Source: Monocercomonoides exilis PA203
Taxonomy: Eukaryota; Protista; Preaxostyla
NCBI GenBank assembly: GCA_001643675.2
Contig: LSRY02000023.1
Coordinates: forward strand, 806,001 to 870,000
Length of the DNA stretch: 64,000 bases
Direction: 5' to 3'
Shown: positions 31,462 through 45,905 of the stretch, piece after piece
How the letters are laid out: every line of letters starts with the position of its first letter
Position numbering within the stretch: the first letter of the stretch is position 1
Program-made: the position numbers and the translations under genes
The notes under the pieces: generated by a model
What the model saw: the letters and a program-made list of their open reading frames with translations, nothing else
Told to the model about the DNA's origin: nothing
Database searches by the model: none

Positions 31462-34400
31462 GATAATTTTCAGTCACAGTCAAAAGAAAAGGGGAAATCT
31501 CCATTTTCAGTCGATTTACCATTTGAAATATACAATGTATAAAATATTGACATTTTTATTAAATTTTTATTAAAAATACCTTTTTCTAAATTATAAATTA
31601 GGCACTAAAAATCCCCCAATCATTGGATATATTGCCAAAAGACGAATTGAAAAAGTTAACTGAAAAGCAAGTTTTTGAACTTCAGGAAAATATCATCCAA
31701 AAATGTTTGAATATCAAACGAAATTTGGAAAAACGCTTTGCGGTTAGAAAGAGATTTCTTTCGTTCAATGAACTTTACAAACTTTGTTCTCAGGAACAAG
31801 AAGCAAAATTAAATGCCCGAGGGATTTTCGATTCAGCCACTAATCAGGCTCGAGCCAGAAGCCTTTTTTACGTGAAACTTAAGAGAGCGTATGCTGTATT
31901 CAAAAAAAGTTGAATGCTAAAAGTTCTTTTTCATAGTCTTAATTTTGATCACATTATCAACAGTGTGATTAAAGAAATGTCGCATGATGATAAAGTTGGA
32001 ACAGTTCAGAAGACTGTTGCCGAAGAAGAAATGAAGAAAGCAATGAGTAAAATTGGAAAAATGAAGAGTGATCCTGTCAGTGATACGATTGCTTCAAGAG
32101 CAAGGTCTCTTGAACACTATAGAAGTGTGCTTGACAATAAGTAGCTTATTTTTTTTTTAATTTTCATTCATTCAATTTCGACACAACTAATGCAATAAAT
32201 AACACTGAAATCATTTCCTTCACTATCACCAGAGGTTATCTCCTCAAAGGGAATTGAAGAGTCTCTGAAATACACTGACTTCGGAAAGGGTTCTGCTGCT
32301 GTGCGCGCAAAGACGGAAAGCATCATTCAAACCAGACCGCGTGGCTGGCTTGGCTCACTGGGAGACAAAGTGCTGGAGGAAGTGGAAGAGGAAGAGGCAG
32401 AAAGGAAGAAAGCAGAAGAAGACAAGAAAAGGAAAGCGGAGGAGATGATTCTTCTCGGACTGTCACCGTCAAAGCAGGCGATTGGATTGTCTTCTTCTCT
32501 TCCACCTTCTTCTCCTCCTTCTCCTTCAATCTCCATACCGCTTTCACCAGGGCTCGAGCTTTCCTCCTCTGCATACCCTCCGCTTCTCTACTCTGACCCG
32601 CCTTCCTTTGCCCAGCGCGGAGGAACGAATCTCCGCTCGCAGAAGTCCTTCAAAGCACTCAGCAAGTCAACAGAGCCGATCAAAAGGAGCGCCCTGCCAC
32701 TTCTGGACACAGACAACCCATCGCACAAAGTCGGTTTCCATTCAGTTTTGCTCAACATCGACGCCACACGCCACTCTGACCCGTGGCGCATGTCGCTGGA
32801 CGAGGTGAAGATGCTCTACGGAGCGAGAAGGAGGAGCACACATGGATTCGGAGGAGGAGGAGGAGGTGGTGGTGGTGGTGGAGGAGGAGAAGGAGGAATA
32901 GGAGGAAGCAACTACAGCAGCAATAGCTTGGGCTATTCAGGCAATGGCGACGAAGACGACGAGCAGTCCGAGAAGAAACGGATCCAGCGCGTGATGACTG
33001 CTGCCATCCTCTCAAAGACCATTGCACCTGTTTATGCCTCGACCCAGGCAGCTCAGTCAGTCATGCTGCAGAACTTGAACAAAGTGCCACGATACAGGCG
33101 CTCTGACTCCATTTCCAGCGTCGCGTCGCCGAAGGGCCTGCCGAACTGCGCCTCATCGATGTCTCTTCTGCAGCCCTCCTCGTCCACTTTCACATTCGCC
33201 TCGAACTACTCCTTTGCTGCTGGCAACGACCCGCACCGCCTCTCCACGCTTTCCTTTGACCACAGAAACAGCTCTGCCACGCAGCTGAGGTCGATCAGCG
33301 AAAGCGAGAGAGACTCATTCTCAGTTGCGAGAAGCGAAGATGAGTACTCACAGACCTCGTCGATCTACCAGAGCCACATACGGTTTGGTGAGGAAAAGCC
33401 CAGGCACAGTTTTTACCTGCCGACATTCACCAGAGAGCGGTCTGTTTCGGCGATGAGCACGTTTGGCCGTTCGAGCACAAGAAGAACGAATGGAGAGAAT
33501 AAAATGAGCTCAAATTCCTTTGCGCCTTATTCTGCTCGAATGAGGCAGAACAGCAATTCGCAGGCACATTCGGAGGGTGAAGGAGGAGAACTGACTGGGC
33601 AGTCGTCTGTGTTTGCGAACAGAAGGGAGATGATGGAAAGAGCGAGGCACTACATGGAGGAGAGGGCGAAGGAGTCTGGATACGGTGATATGGAAGTGGT
33701 GGATGACGAAAAGGAGGAGGAAGATTATGACGAAGAAGGAGAAGGAGAAGGAGAAGGAGATGGTGAAGGAGAAGGTGAAAATGGAGGAGAAGGAGAAGGG
33801 AAAGAAACAGTAGAGGAGGAGGTTGTGGAAGCAGGTGAAGACTTCCGACTTCTCAAAGACGATTCGACTGCAAAACTATTTGACGGACTCAATATCAACT
33901 CTGATGCTCATAATGCAGCAAATAATTCTTCATCTCATCCTTCTTCTTCTTCTGCAGCTGCTTCTGCTTCTGTTACTCCTTTCGCTGATGCTAACGTACC
34001 ACCCAAAGTGAAAGTGCTGAAGCGATTTTCGTCCGCGATGAATCTCGTGAGCAGCTTGGACACCGACCGCAGCTCCGTCACGCACTTCTCGAACGGCACG
34101 CCGCACCGCAACAGCTTCTCTTCGATTGCGCTGATGTCGCCTAGTCTGTCACAGAGCATGTCACACAGCCCGTCTTCTCCTGTATGGCACGGGATGAGCA
34201 TCGGCGGAGCAACAGCAGCAGCGATGCCGCCTACGCCGCAGACTCCCCACACACCTGCTGCCTCTTCGCTGAGGAGGTTGTCGTCGCAGAGGACGAATGC
34301 GTCTCACACGCCGACTCCGAAGAGGAAAGCGAAGACGAAGTTTGAGAGGAACTTGCAAAGAGCGCTGAGGAAGTCAATGGAGTCGGAGATGGAGGCGGTG

Positions 34401-36726
34401 TGGCTGAGGGTGATTGCGGGGAAAGAGAGGGAGGGAGATATTAAAAGACTGCAGGAGTTGGAGAAGAAGACGGGAAAAGTGTTTGATGGGATGGAGCTTG
34501 TGTCGGCTGTTGTGGAAGGCGGAAGGAAAAGCACGCTTTCATCACACAGTTCGACTTCCAGTGCTTCTTTGGCGTCTTCTGGAAACCGAAAATCTTCTCT
34601 TTATTCCAAGCTCAATGAATCATCGCAGCTTATCAATACACAAAATGCATTTTCCACTTCAAGTTCCACTTCAACAATTGCTTCTATTGCTATTCCTGTT
34701 CCTTCTGCCTCTGCATCTTCTTCATCTTTAGCCACACTTTCATCAACATCCACAACAACATCCGCTTCTGCCTCTTCTTCTTCTTCTTCTTCTTCTCCTC
34801 AACCTCAAACAATTCACACTTCAATGTCCACTTCAATGAGCATTTCATCACCTCATCAGCCCAATCCGTTTTCTCCCTTGCGCGGATTGTCTACACACAC
34901 ATCACACAGAAGCCCCAATGTGAAACATGTACCACCTATTGATTCCCGCACTTTTGCTCATCCTCCTCCTTTTCCTTACATTGCAGGAAGCCACGAGCTT
35001 GTTAACAAGGCAAGAAATGATGAGGATAGCGATGCTTCTTTTCAGCCATCGAAGAATGGCTTATCTTCGAAAGCATCATTTTCACAGCCTTCTTCTTTGT
35101 CTTCTTCTCTTTCTTCGTCTTCTGATTTGCGAATATCAAATTCTGCCCAACAGAAGCAGCTGGCACAAGAACGCACTACCGAGCACAAGCTGATGAGTTC
35201 CTTCACAAAAGAAAGGAAAGCACAGCTGGATTTGCTGAAGAAGCGCGAAAGGGCAAAAGAAAGCCAGCGGCGCGAGCTGCTTGCTAAGAGGAGGAAAGCG
35301 TTTGAGAAGTCGCTGAACAGAACACGAAAGATATTCAATGACACAGCAGAGAGCGAGAAGAAGAAGGAAGAGGATTTGGATGAGAAGGAGAAGATGGGCG
35401 CAGATGAGAAGATGCGGAAGAAAGGGAAAGACAAAGAGAAGCTGCTGGATGTGGATTCTGCGCGTGCAGACGATGAAGAGAAAGAATCGGAGACAGAAAA
35501 GGAAGAGAACGGAGAGAATGAGAATGATGACATGACAGAAGAGCAGATTATGCAGCTGCTGGGGAATGAATGGAAAGATCTGGATGAAGAAGCGTTGGGA
35601 AGCATGGAGAACGTCCCTGGAAGCAGAGCACAGACAAGAGACGGAAGGAGAAACACAGTGGAAGGAGCGGATGATCTGAAGGAGGAAACGGAAGAAGACA
35701 GGATGAAAAGGATGATAGCGGAGGAAGACGCGTGGGTGATGGAGGAGAAAGAGGAGGAGATTCTGGCGAGGTTCCCTCGGAGGCAGGAGATGGAGCAGCT
35801 GTTCAAGCACATTGACGAGAAGGAGAAAGAGTACAGACGCGGTACGAACGTGGGGGGAATCATGGGAGCTGCAGGAAGGTCAAGACAAGGAGGACTAGCA
35901 CCTCCCACTCCGTCTTCGATAGCTTCTCCTCTTTCGACGCCGTTTGGAGAATCGACAGCTCGCAGCGCCGCAAGCAGCTTTGGAAAGGGAGCAAGCGGAG
36001 CGAGTGGAGATGGTGGGGCGATGCCGCCGTCGCCCTTGGGTGTGCCAGAGTCAGCAGGCGAGGCAGAGACGAAAGGGAAGTCGAAAGGGCTGCTGCGGGC
36101 GTATGAGAAGGCGTCGAAAGAGTCGCTGCACAAGCAGCTGGAGGAGATCTGGACGCTGTTGGAGGTTCCTGTTGCACAAAAGATCGACATGCTGATCAAA
36201 TATACACGCCCGCGGATGACGGTGCTGCTGTCGGAGGCGCTGACGGTGTGGAATGTGATGGCCGAGGCGATGATTGCGAGGGAGGAGCAGTTTTTCCAAT
36301 GGGCGATGATTGAAAGCAACGTGAAAAGAATGAATGTCGGAAAGCTTTCTTCGAAGATGATGAGAAGAATTAGACTCAGGAGAAGAAGAACAGGAAGAAG
36401 AGTTACTGTTTTGTCAGATTATTGTAGATTGTATGATTGCCAGATTCTTTCTTGGATCTTTCTTTATTATCAAAGATAAATTATTTTTTTGATTTTTCAT
36501 TTTTTTTTCAACATTCAATAATATTTTAATTTTCTGCTTTTCTATTTCTTTCATATCCTTTTTGTAGTGTTATTACTCGGCATATGCGTGCATTCGATGA
36601 TGTTGTAACGTATGAAGGTGTTGTGTATCTCGACAAGATGAGCAAAGAACAGGTTGAAGTCGATCGTCGAATGGAAGAAGCAAAAACATGGGGAATGGCA
36701 ATGAGATTCTCAGCATTCATGAAATA
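31462..36726 (+). CDS. Large low-complexity/coiled-coil protein with a CCDC87/MAP65-like C-terminus; multi-exon, true start uncertain
   Basis: Main 1392-aa ORF 32301-36479 plus short upstream exons (e.g. intron gtatgc..catag ~31889-31935) and a last exon ~36569-36726. QLEEIWTLLEVPVAQKIDMLIKY and FDDVVTYEGVVYLDKM resemble CCDC87 C-terminal motifs as I recall them. Confidence 0.6.
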
Positions 36727-37399
36727 GGTGGAAGAATGCTTGAGGGAGTTGTACAGAGTTGAATTTGTGTTTTGAATAAATTTTTGTAATAGTTTTTATA
36801 ATTTCAAAAAGCAATTTGGAAGCAAATGAAAATGGTAATTTTTTATAAATGCAGTTATTATTAATCAGTTTATTTGTTGGTTGGGGTTAGTTTGCACAAT
36901 TATGATTTGAATCTTTTTAATTCCTTTCAGAAATTGGTATTATGGCATTATTTCGAAGTACTCAAAACTTTTATTTTTTTATTGCGACATATTAAAATAG
37001 TGTATTCTTCCATTCTTTATGTTATTTAAAATGTTAGTAAATAACGATTATATTTACCAAATTTGTGATAATTTTTGAAATCACATATTTTTTCGGGTTT
37101 GTGTAATTTTCTAATTCACAGTTATTTGCAAAAGAATTATCAAAAAAGCGTTTCATGCTTTCAAATTATTGCCTTAAAAACACTTGTTGTCACAGAAAGA
37201 CTAAGAAGTTCATTTTTGATTTTATTGAAAACATTCGATTGATTTCTGAGTATTTGCAACAGATTGTTATGTAATTTCTTATAAATAAAATTTGAAATCA
37301 AAAAGAATCACCCAATATAAAAAAATTATTTGGGAGAAACGAATATTTCATTTGTTTGATAAAATCAAATATCATCGAAAATTTTTATACTCGGATATG

Positions 37400-38200
37400 A
37401 AAAGGATCAAAACTTCGAAATTTTGACAACATTCACTGATGAAGAAAAGGTATAGCAGTGGTGTTATCGATTTGTTTTTCAAGACAGTTATTTTGAGTGC
37501 ACAATTCACCATCAGAATTTTGCTTTATAATCTGAAAAAGGAACTTATAGATTTTGGATGAGGTTCAAATGTGATAAAAAAAACGTGAGGTTTTCAAAAA
37601 TACTGAATTTGAAAACAAAAAAATTGGTCTGGGCAAATTCTTATTGATCATTTTATTAATATGGCAAGGGCTTATGCAAACTCAGATTTGCCTTTTCATA
37701 GAAGTTCATCCCAAAATTGGAGGATATTCAAGAAGTGCTTTTCTGTGGAGAGCATGAATATCATTGATCGTGACCATGTCATGATTGGTGGTGTCGGAAA
37801 AATAGTAAAAATTGAAGAATGCATATGGAGAAGAAGAAAATATTAAAGATGCAGAAAAAATGGTGGATATTCGGAAAAATTGAAGGAAACGAAGAAATGA
37901 AAATAACTCAAAGAAGATTTGTTTTCAATGTCCTTGATTGAATAACAGAAACACTTGTTTCTCTTTAAAAAATCTCTATTGACTGAAACGACAATTATGT
38001 GCGATGAATTGAGTGTGGATGTAGTTGTTTGAATGATCATGGCTACACTCATCAAACAGTGAATCATTTTTGAAATTTTGTGAATACAATTTCGCAGGTG
38101 TGCACAAATACAGTGGAAGGAATGTGTTCACATCAAGAATGTCTTTTTCCAAGGCATGACATGAGGGAGAAATATATTGGAGATGGGGGAAAATACGGAC
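37400..38200 (+). pseudogene. Decayed Merlin / IS1595(ISXO2)-type DDE transposase
   Basis: IGGVGKIVKIEECIWRRRKY (cf. iGG.G.iVEIDE...rKY), TTIMCD, GYTHQTVNHF*NFV...TNTVEG (cf. gY.H.tVnHs..Fv...hTn.iEg). Confidence 0.8.
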
Positions 38201-39789
38201 TTTCAAGCTTTTTTTACACAAAGCACAAAAAAATTGCTTCACTTATAACTATTTTTCACTTTCTCAGATTTCAAAATAAATTTGATTTTTATGTTCGAAA
38301 ACAGGCATCATCGATGATATTACATTTAGAATTGAGACATTTCACGAATGTCGAAAAATGGACCCATTATTATTGAGTTTTTTGATCTTTATAAGTCAAT
38401 GAAAAGTGTATAATTTTTCAATGAAAATGCCTAAAGAAAAATATTTTCCCCCAGATTATCTTTAATTTTTGTTGGTGAAAAAACAGTGAATGCTCCTTTT
38501 TGTTCATTGCGGGAAATATCGTTCAAGCGAGAGAAGATGAAGATTAAATGTTTGAAAAAAAAGTAGAAAACGAAAATAAAATTCCAAACCATGATGATAA
38601 AAATGAAATTTCAGTATCGGAAGAAGATAAAACTTCAAGTGATGAGATTTCTGATGATGCTTATGCATCAACTTGGAGTGAAGAAAAACTGATTTTTTAT
38701 TCATTTCAATCATGAACCTAAAACGGATTATTTCAATGAATTTGAATTTTTCTGTCTTTTTTTAATCATAAGTTTCCTCTTTGTTAAATATGAAAAAAAA
38801 AACTGACTGGTGCTATCACTTTGTAAAATCGCACAAAAAACGAAAAATTGCTTTTCGATAAAATGTCATCTTTACCAGATACAGATATCGCATAAAAAAC
38901 CGTACAAGATCGATTACACAATAACCACAAGTGGAAAAATTCTGATTATTATCCACAAAATATATCTCATCAATACAAACTCACGTGATAAACAAGACTT
39001 TCATAACTTCCTCGTTTATGCTCTGAAAAAATATGTATGGGTATTTTTTTTTTGAAAAGTCACAAAATATTAATTGATCTGAAAATCAGATCACAAATGA
39101 TCAAAAAATGTTGATCATTCCGTTACCATCATTTATTGCTGAATATTGTTCTATTGAGTTTTGTCACCCTATCCCTGTATATCACGTTTTAATAAAACAA
39201 ATTTCAAATATTCCTTTCACTGTTATATCATATTTATGTTTTTAAATATATTTTTCTTGTTTTTTGAAGCAACTGAACTATTTGTTCATATTTCTTTGTT
39301 TTCATTTCAACTGTTCAAGTCTACGTTTTGATTTTGCGAATGGAGACTTCTTTTTTAATATGTTCTTATGCAGAAAGACAAATAGATTTTTTCTTGCTTT
39401 AATTTGAGTATTTTGAAAAGAAATTATTAAATAAGAAAATTTCATCGATACTGTCCTCATTGAATTGAAAGAAATTAAAAAAGTTGTTGACATAGAGAAA
39501 TTTATAGTTTTATAATAAACAAATAATTGACAACTGCAATTTCTTGCATTTAATGTCCTTTTATAAAAAATCCAAAAAAGAAATGGTATATCAAGTCTTG
39601 AATCAAATCATGAATCATATCTTTAATAGCTACCAATTACTCATTTGCTTTTTTACTCATCTTTATCTTCATATTTTAACTCAACTTTTTAAAAAACCCT
39701 GTTCCATCTATTTTCATCGCTCGAGAACTGCGAGCTTTTGTTGCTGGTTGACCATTCTGAAATAAATGAAAATGTTGTGTTTGCATAAC

Positions 39790-42700
39790 CATTAGAGCTG
39801 CCTGCAGAAGTGGTGGGGTATCTGAAAAATCTTCTTGTTACAGGAGAAGCGCAGCAGTCCTCTCTTCGCTCAAGGCCTTTGTCTTTTTCTTCTTTATCTT
39901 TAATTCGGATGAGTGGAAAAAAAGTGGAGAAGGCTAAAGGTCATAAGCCAATCATCTTCATTTGCATCGACAGTTGATACTTCGGAGGCATCGGTGGTAG
40001 CTGCGTTTTTCACGTCATCAGCGATGGACAACATCAAGAGGAGGTTGCGGATTGTTGTGGTTAAGGCTGTTGGGATGTGTGCAATGCACATGTCGCTGTT
40101 GCGGCAGTCGCTGCGGAAATATGTCACATGGCTTGCTTTCCTTCACTAGCAGAATCATCACAAAAGAAGATGTGGAGCAAACATATCTTGATGGTGACGG
40201 ATCTGAATGCATTCCTTTTGATATACATTCTATTTGATCCGTTGCTGCTGCCGTCCGCGATAGCGCGGCTGGTGCAGCGATTGCCGCAGTCTAGGCGAGT
40301 GGTGACGAAGTTGGAGGACGAAGTGATAAGGCGGATGGTTGTTCTATGAAGGACAGAGGAGAGAGCGGAGAGGGTGCCGGAAGTGGCGTGGCTGAGAAAT
40401 GATGATGTGGTTCTGTCTCTGTATGTGCTCGATGAGCGATAAGAGGTGAAGGAGAAGGAGAAGAAGAAGGAGGAGACGGAAGGAGAGACAGATAAGAAAC
40501 TTCAGGAGTTCAACATGCTGCTGCAGAAGATCCGGGACGACGAGCGGATCTCGAAGCGGGCGAACGGGCTGGTAGAGCAGCTGCAGCAGAATGACAAGAT
40601 CAAAGGATGCGAGAGAGGAAGATCCTGGAGCTGAGCGAGAAGCACATCGCAGAGGTGAAGGAGCTGCAGGAGCAGCTGGTGGCGATGAAGGAGAAGGCTG
40701 AGCTGATTTGTGTGAGAATTGAGAAGTGAAGAAGTTCTGTGCTCAGCAAAGAGGAGTTGTGAGTGTGGATGGCAAGCATTGACTGGTGGTTTGGGGTTTA
40801 CACTTTTCATATCTTCTTCGTTGTCGTCTGCGGGAGGTGGGGAGGTTCAGTCTTTGGCTTTGTTGATTCTGTAGTTGGGGCTGTGTGAAAAGAGTCAAGA
40901 GAAGATTGTAGCGAGCTTTGAATGTGACGGCACTGTAATGCTTGAGCCAGACCCGACGGGAAAGAGGTTGTTGTGAAAGTGGGGAGCGGGATGAGTGTTG
41001 TGGGAAGAAGACAACGGCGTGTGGAAAGAGTATCGACTAAGGTGGAAGTTAGGGAAAGAGATCTGGAGTCAGAGAAAGATATGAAAAGAAAGGTTGTGTC
41101 GAAAGTGCAGGAAAGGATAATACAAATGAAGAACGGGCTGTTCAATTGATGAATGAGAGCTGCGGACGGAGGTTGTGCAATAAAAACAGGAGCAGAAGAA
41201 AAAGAAGGAGTTAAATGAAGAGACAGATAAGCAACTGACTGAAAAGGCGAAGAAGCTGAAAGAGAAGATGGAATGAGGGAACTTTTGTGGGAGAAGGAAG
41301 GTCAGCAAAAGGAAAATGTTGCCGGTCCAGTGCCTTTGGTGGAGTCTTCTTAGATGGAGCGGATGACAAGCACAGAATTTGAATCAACGGAACATGTGGC
41401 GCACGAAACTGTGTTTGAGCTTTTGATTCCGATCACGTTGCAGTCGTCCGTGCAGATGAAGCGTTTGTTGAAGCCGCAGAAGAGAGGGCTGAAATCGTCG
41501 CTGGTGTTGAAGCTGACGTAGATTCTGGGGATATTCGGAGACACGTACGCAACAGACTTGGGAGAGGGCAGCGCTGTGTTTGTGAGAGTGGTGGTTCCGA
41601 GGAAGTAGTTTGGGGATTATGTATTCATGAGGCTGAGGGAGAAGCACGCAGCGCAGAAGAAGAGCGAGGCAGTGATATCAAAGATGATTTTCGTTGTGGA
41701 GCCGTTACAAAATGACTTTGCAGATGTGTTGTTAAAGAAGATTGTGCAGGAGGAGTGCAAAGGAGACAAGTTGTGGTTTTCATGACAACTTCAAAGTCTA
41801 TTTGATTGTTTTCAGTTGAAGCCACTTGCAGAAGAGAGCCAGATCTTCTTGATGACATTGTACAGGATGTTTCGGAAGTTAATCAATACAGTGGTTAAAG
41901 AGTCTTCGGAGAAGAAAATTGAGATGTTGTTTTTGGGGAGTTTGAGGGATTTTATTCGGAGAAGGGAGAGGCAGACTCGTCTGTGTTTCTGGGGTTTCTG
42001 TTGAATAACACCTGAGCAGAAAAAAAGATGAAAAAAAGGAGGCGGTAGTGGCGCTGCACGATGAGATTCGTTGATGCGATTCATTGACTTTTCATCATCA
42101 TCATCACACGAAGCTTGGTGAGGGATAACGTATTCGAGGCAAGAGTCTTTTTCGTGTGAGCGCATTCCGCAGATACCACACGCGCTGTTGCTGCGGATCT
42201 TTCGGGATGAGTATATGCTGTCTGGATACTGTTTGCCATCATTTACTTCGTTGCTATAGGCGTGTCATCGCAATAACTTCTTCACGCTGTTCCTGAAACA
42301 TCAGGATATATTTAATTCCTCCGAGATTTGAGCATATCTGTATCCACCTGAAAAAAGGACGGTTTAGAAGAAAGTTAGCCTGCATTTTGCGCTGCTGAAG
42401 ATGGCTCTGAATGGCCAGGGGCTGGTGATTTCGGTGGCATCAACAGGGGCAAGCGTAGGGGCAGGGGTGGAGGTTGTTCAGAAACGGAAGATGGAGTCTA
42501 TGCAGCTGGCTGTGTGGAAGAAAGAAGGGTAGCGGTCACTGTTGTAGATGATTGGGTTTGTTGTGGAGCTGGTGGGGCAGCGGCTGAAAAGAACGAGGTG
42601 GAAATAGCGATCAGCTTTGTGTTGCTGCTGTGTGATTGGTAGTTTGTGGAGCTGTGTCACAAGGCTATAGAACGGCGGAGGGAGATAGGAAGAGTCAATA
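39790..42700 (+). pseudogene. GC-richer decayed coding-like sequence (coiled-coil fragments), unidentified
   Basis: Protein-like fragments broken by stops and frameshifts. Confidence 0.35.
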
Positions 42701-42999
42701 TATTGTCAAGAATCATCAACTTCCTCTTCCTTCTTCTTCTCCTCCTTTTCCTTCTTATTTTTTATTATTCATTTAGAAATAAGCAAAAAGAAGACAAAAC
42801 ATTTTCAATGTTGACAATATATTTGTTTCTTTCAAAGAATGGTTTGAAAGAAAATGAATGCAAAAAGAAACAGGATATGGAAGGAGAATGAGGTTAGTTG
42901 ATGAAGCAAAATTAAATTTTGAAGAAAAATTGAGAATACAAAAATCGATAAATAAAGAATAAAAGAGAAAGAGGAGAAAGATGGGTAAAAGGAAAAAGA

Positions 43000-45905
43000 A
43001 GAATAGAAGTAGAAGAATACGAAAAGGAGGATGTCAATGCCAATGAAGAACATGGCAATACTTTGCTATTAACTCCCTCCTCTACGCTACCGTCTTTAGA
43101 AACTGCACCAATCACTGCCCATCCCCCGAAGGAAGATCAGAGCAGATCGCCTTTTTTTGAGTCGTTCCTCCACAGCTTCAGCCACAACAGCATTCCCAGC
43201 AGCCGCACAATGTGGAACAACGTCAACAGCCCATCTTTCTTCTCTTTCACCAACTGTACAATCTACACATGTTGCTTCAGCCCAAACCATTCCCGCTTCA
43301 CCTTCAATACTGTAAAAAGCTCTCGATTTAAGTTGTTCAGCGCATCTCACTGTCTTCACAATTTCATTATTCAAAGACTGCAGATGAGGATTTCGCAGAT
43401 CAGCTTCATCACAAACATCCGGAAGCTGCTTCTGTTCGGAAGTTGTTCAGTAAAAACGATGGAAACACAAATATTTCGGTATTTCTCTTTTCAGACTTTA
43501 TTCCCACAAACAACAAAAAACACTATCATCTTTTCTCCGATACAACTTCAAACACCGTCAAGATGTAATGAAAACTGCATTTCACCTCAAATTTACTTTT
43601 TCCGCACAAATTCCCCAAATAGCCACATCCCTGCAAAGTCCTTCCGAAACAGCTCTTCCCAAAACATCCTCGCCAACCACACCACCTCTTTCTTCAATTT
43701 CTACGAGAATTTCTCCCCCAATCATATATGAATAAAGTCCACATGGACCTGCCTTAGAAGCACCACGCCTTCCCACCAAGCGCCGAAGCAGCTCAAATCT
43801 ACCAACATCTTCCTCTATATATTCCCTGGATCTTCGACAGCGTCCACGCCAGCTTCTGTTTAAGTCCTGTATTCAGCAGCATTAGCAGCATCTGCATCGG
43901 AATAGACGACCTCCACATTGGTGGCAACCGAAGCACATACACCATTTCGTATGCCACATACCTCAGCGACCCTGATACTGAGCTCATTAGCCGCTCCCTC
44001 TCCATCGATCCAGCAGGCAAAGACACCCTGCCCACCCCAGACAACCCTGCCCCCGATTCGCCAAGTGAAGTAACAGGCAACTCCGACTCTTTGTGGTCTT
44101 TGCAGTCTGTCGTCTGCTCAAAAAGCATGTGCAGTCGTCGCGCTACAATCATCTTCACTTCCCCTTTATTGACCTCTATTTGCGTTGCAGCTAGAATCAA
44201 ATTCTCCCGTTCTCTCTTCGGATCCTCGTGCGGCAACAGCGCAATCCCATGCAGCACGCTCGCTTATTTTTCATCTGCCTTTTCACCCTCCTCTGCTTTT
44301 TCGTATATTATGCCTTAACTTCCGTTCTTCCTCCTCATGCCATCCCTGCCTCTCACATCTTTCTTCTCTGTCCTGCCTTCTCTGCCCACCAAAGTTACCC
44401 CCACCCAACCTTCTCCTCCCGCTGCTTCACCCACCCAACCAGGCGCTGCACCATCTTTTCATACGACACCTTCATTATCTTTTAATCCTGCTCTTTTGTG
44501 CAGGTGCCATCCACTGATTATCAATCGCCTCCTCGAATAGCGCCTTCTGTTTTCAGATCGACTGCTCCTGCGCTTTCGAAAGCACCATCAGCATCTTCAT
44601 TTCCTTCTCCATCTTGTTTCTCTTCTGCCACACATTTGTACCCCCCAATTCTCCATACAGAAACTCTCTCCTCCACAGCTATTTGCTTCTCCCACAACAC
44701 TCATCCCGCTCCCCACTTTCACAACAACCTCTTTCCCGTCGGGTCTGGCTCAAGCATTACAGTGCCGTCACATTCAAAGCTCGCTACAATCTTCTCTTGA
44801 CTCTTTTCACACAGCCCCAACTACAGAATCAACAAAGCCAAAGACTGAACCTCCCCACCTCCCGCAGACGACAACGAAGAAGATATGAAAAGTGTAAACC
44901 TCAAACCACCAGTCAATGCTTGCCATCCACACTCACAACTCCTCTTTGCTGAGCACAGAACTTCTTCACTTCTCAATTCTCACACAAATCAGCTCAGCCT
45001 TCTCCTTCATCGCCACCAGCTGCTCCTGCAGCTCCTTCACCTCTGCGATGTGCTTCTCGCTCAGCTCCAGGATCTTCCTCTCTCGCATCCTTTGATCTTG
45101 TCATTCTGCTGCAGCTGCTCTACCAGCCCGTTCGCCCGCTTCGAGATCCGCTCGTCGTCCCGGATCTTCTGCAGCAGCATGTTGAACTCCTGAAGTTTCT
45201 TATCTGTCTCTCCTTCCGTCTCCTCCTTCTTCTTCTCCTTCTCCTTCACCTCTTATCGCTCATCGAGCACATACAGAGACAGAACCACATCATCATTTCT
45301 CAGCCACGCCACTTCCGGCACCCTCTCCGCTCTCTCCTCTGTCCTTCATAGAACAACCATCCGCCTTATCACTTCGTCCTCCAACTTCGTCACCACTCGC
45401 CTAGACTGCGGCAATCGCTGCACCAGCCGCGCTATCGCGGACGGCAGCAGCAACGGATCAAATAGAATGTATATCAAAAGGAATGCATTCAGATCCGTCA
45501 CCATCAAGATATGTTTGCTCCACATCTTCTTTTGTGATGATTCTGCTAGTGAAGGAAAGCAAGCCATGTGACATATTTCCGCAGCGACTGCCGCAACAGC
45601 GACATGTGCATTGCACACATCCCAACAGCCTTAACCACAACAATCCGCAACCTCCTCTTGATGTTGTCCATCGCTGATGACGTGAAAAACGCAGCTACCA
45701 CCGATGCCTCCGAAGTATCAACTGTCGATGCAAATGAAGATGATTGGCTTATGACCTTTAGCCTTCTCCACTTTTTTTCCACTCATCCGAATTAAAGATA
45801 AAGAAGAAAAAGACAAAGGCCTTGAGCGAAGAGAGGACTGCTGCGCTTCTCCTGTAACAAGAAGATTTTTCAGATACCCCACCACTTCTGCAGGCAGCTC
45901 TAATG
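43000..45905 (-). pseudogene. Decayed coding-like sequence sharing its 5' part with the previous feature, unidentified
   Basis: Mirror arm plus unrelated fragments such as 43799-44257. Confidence 0.3.

Noticed and set aside
31911-31913. TGA readthrough between abutting in-frame ORFs
   Set aside because: The stop lies inside a plausible GT-AG intron (~31889-31935).
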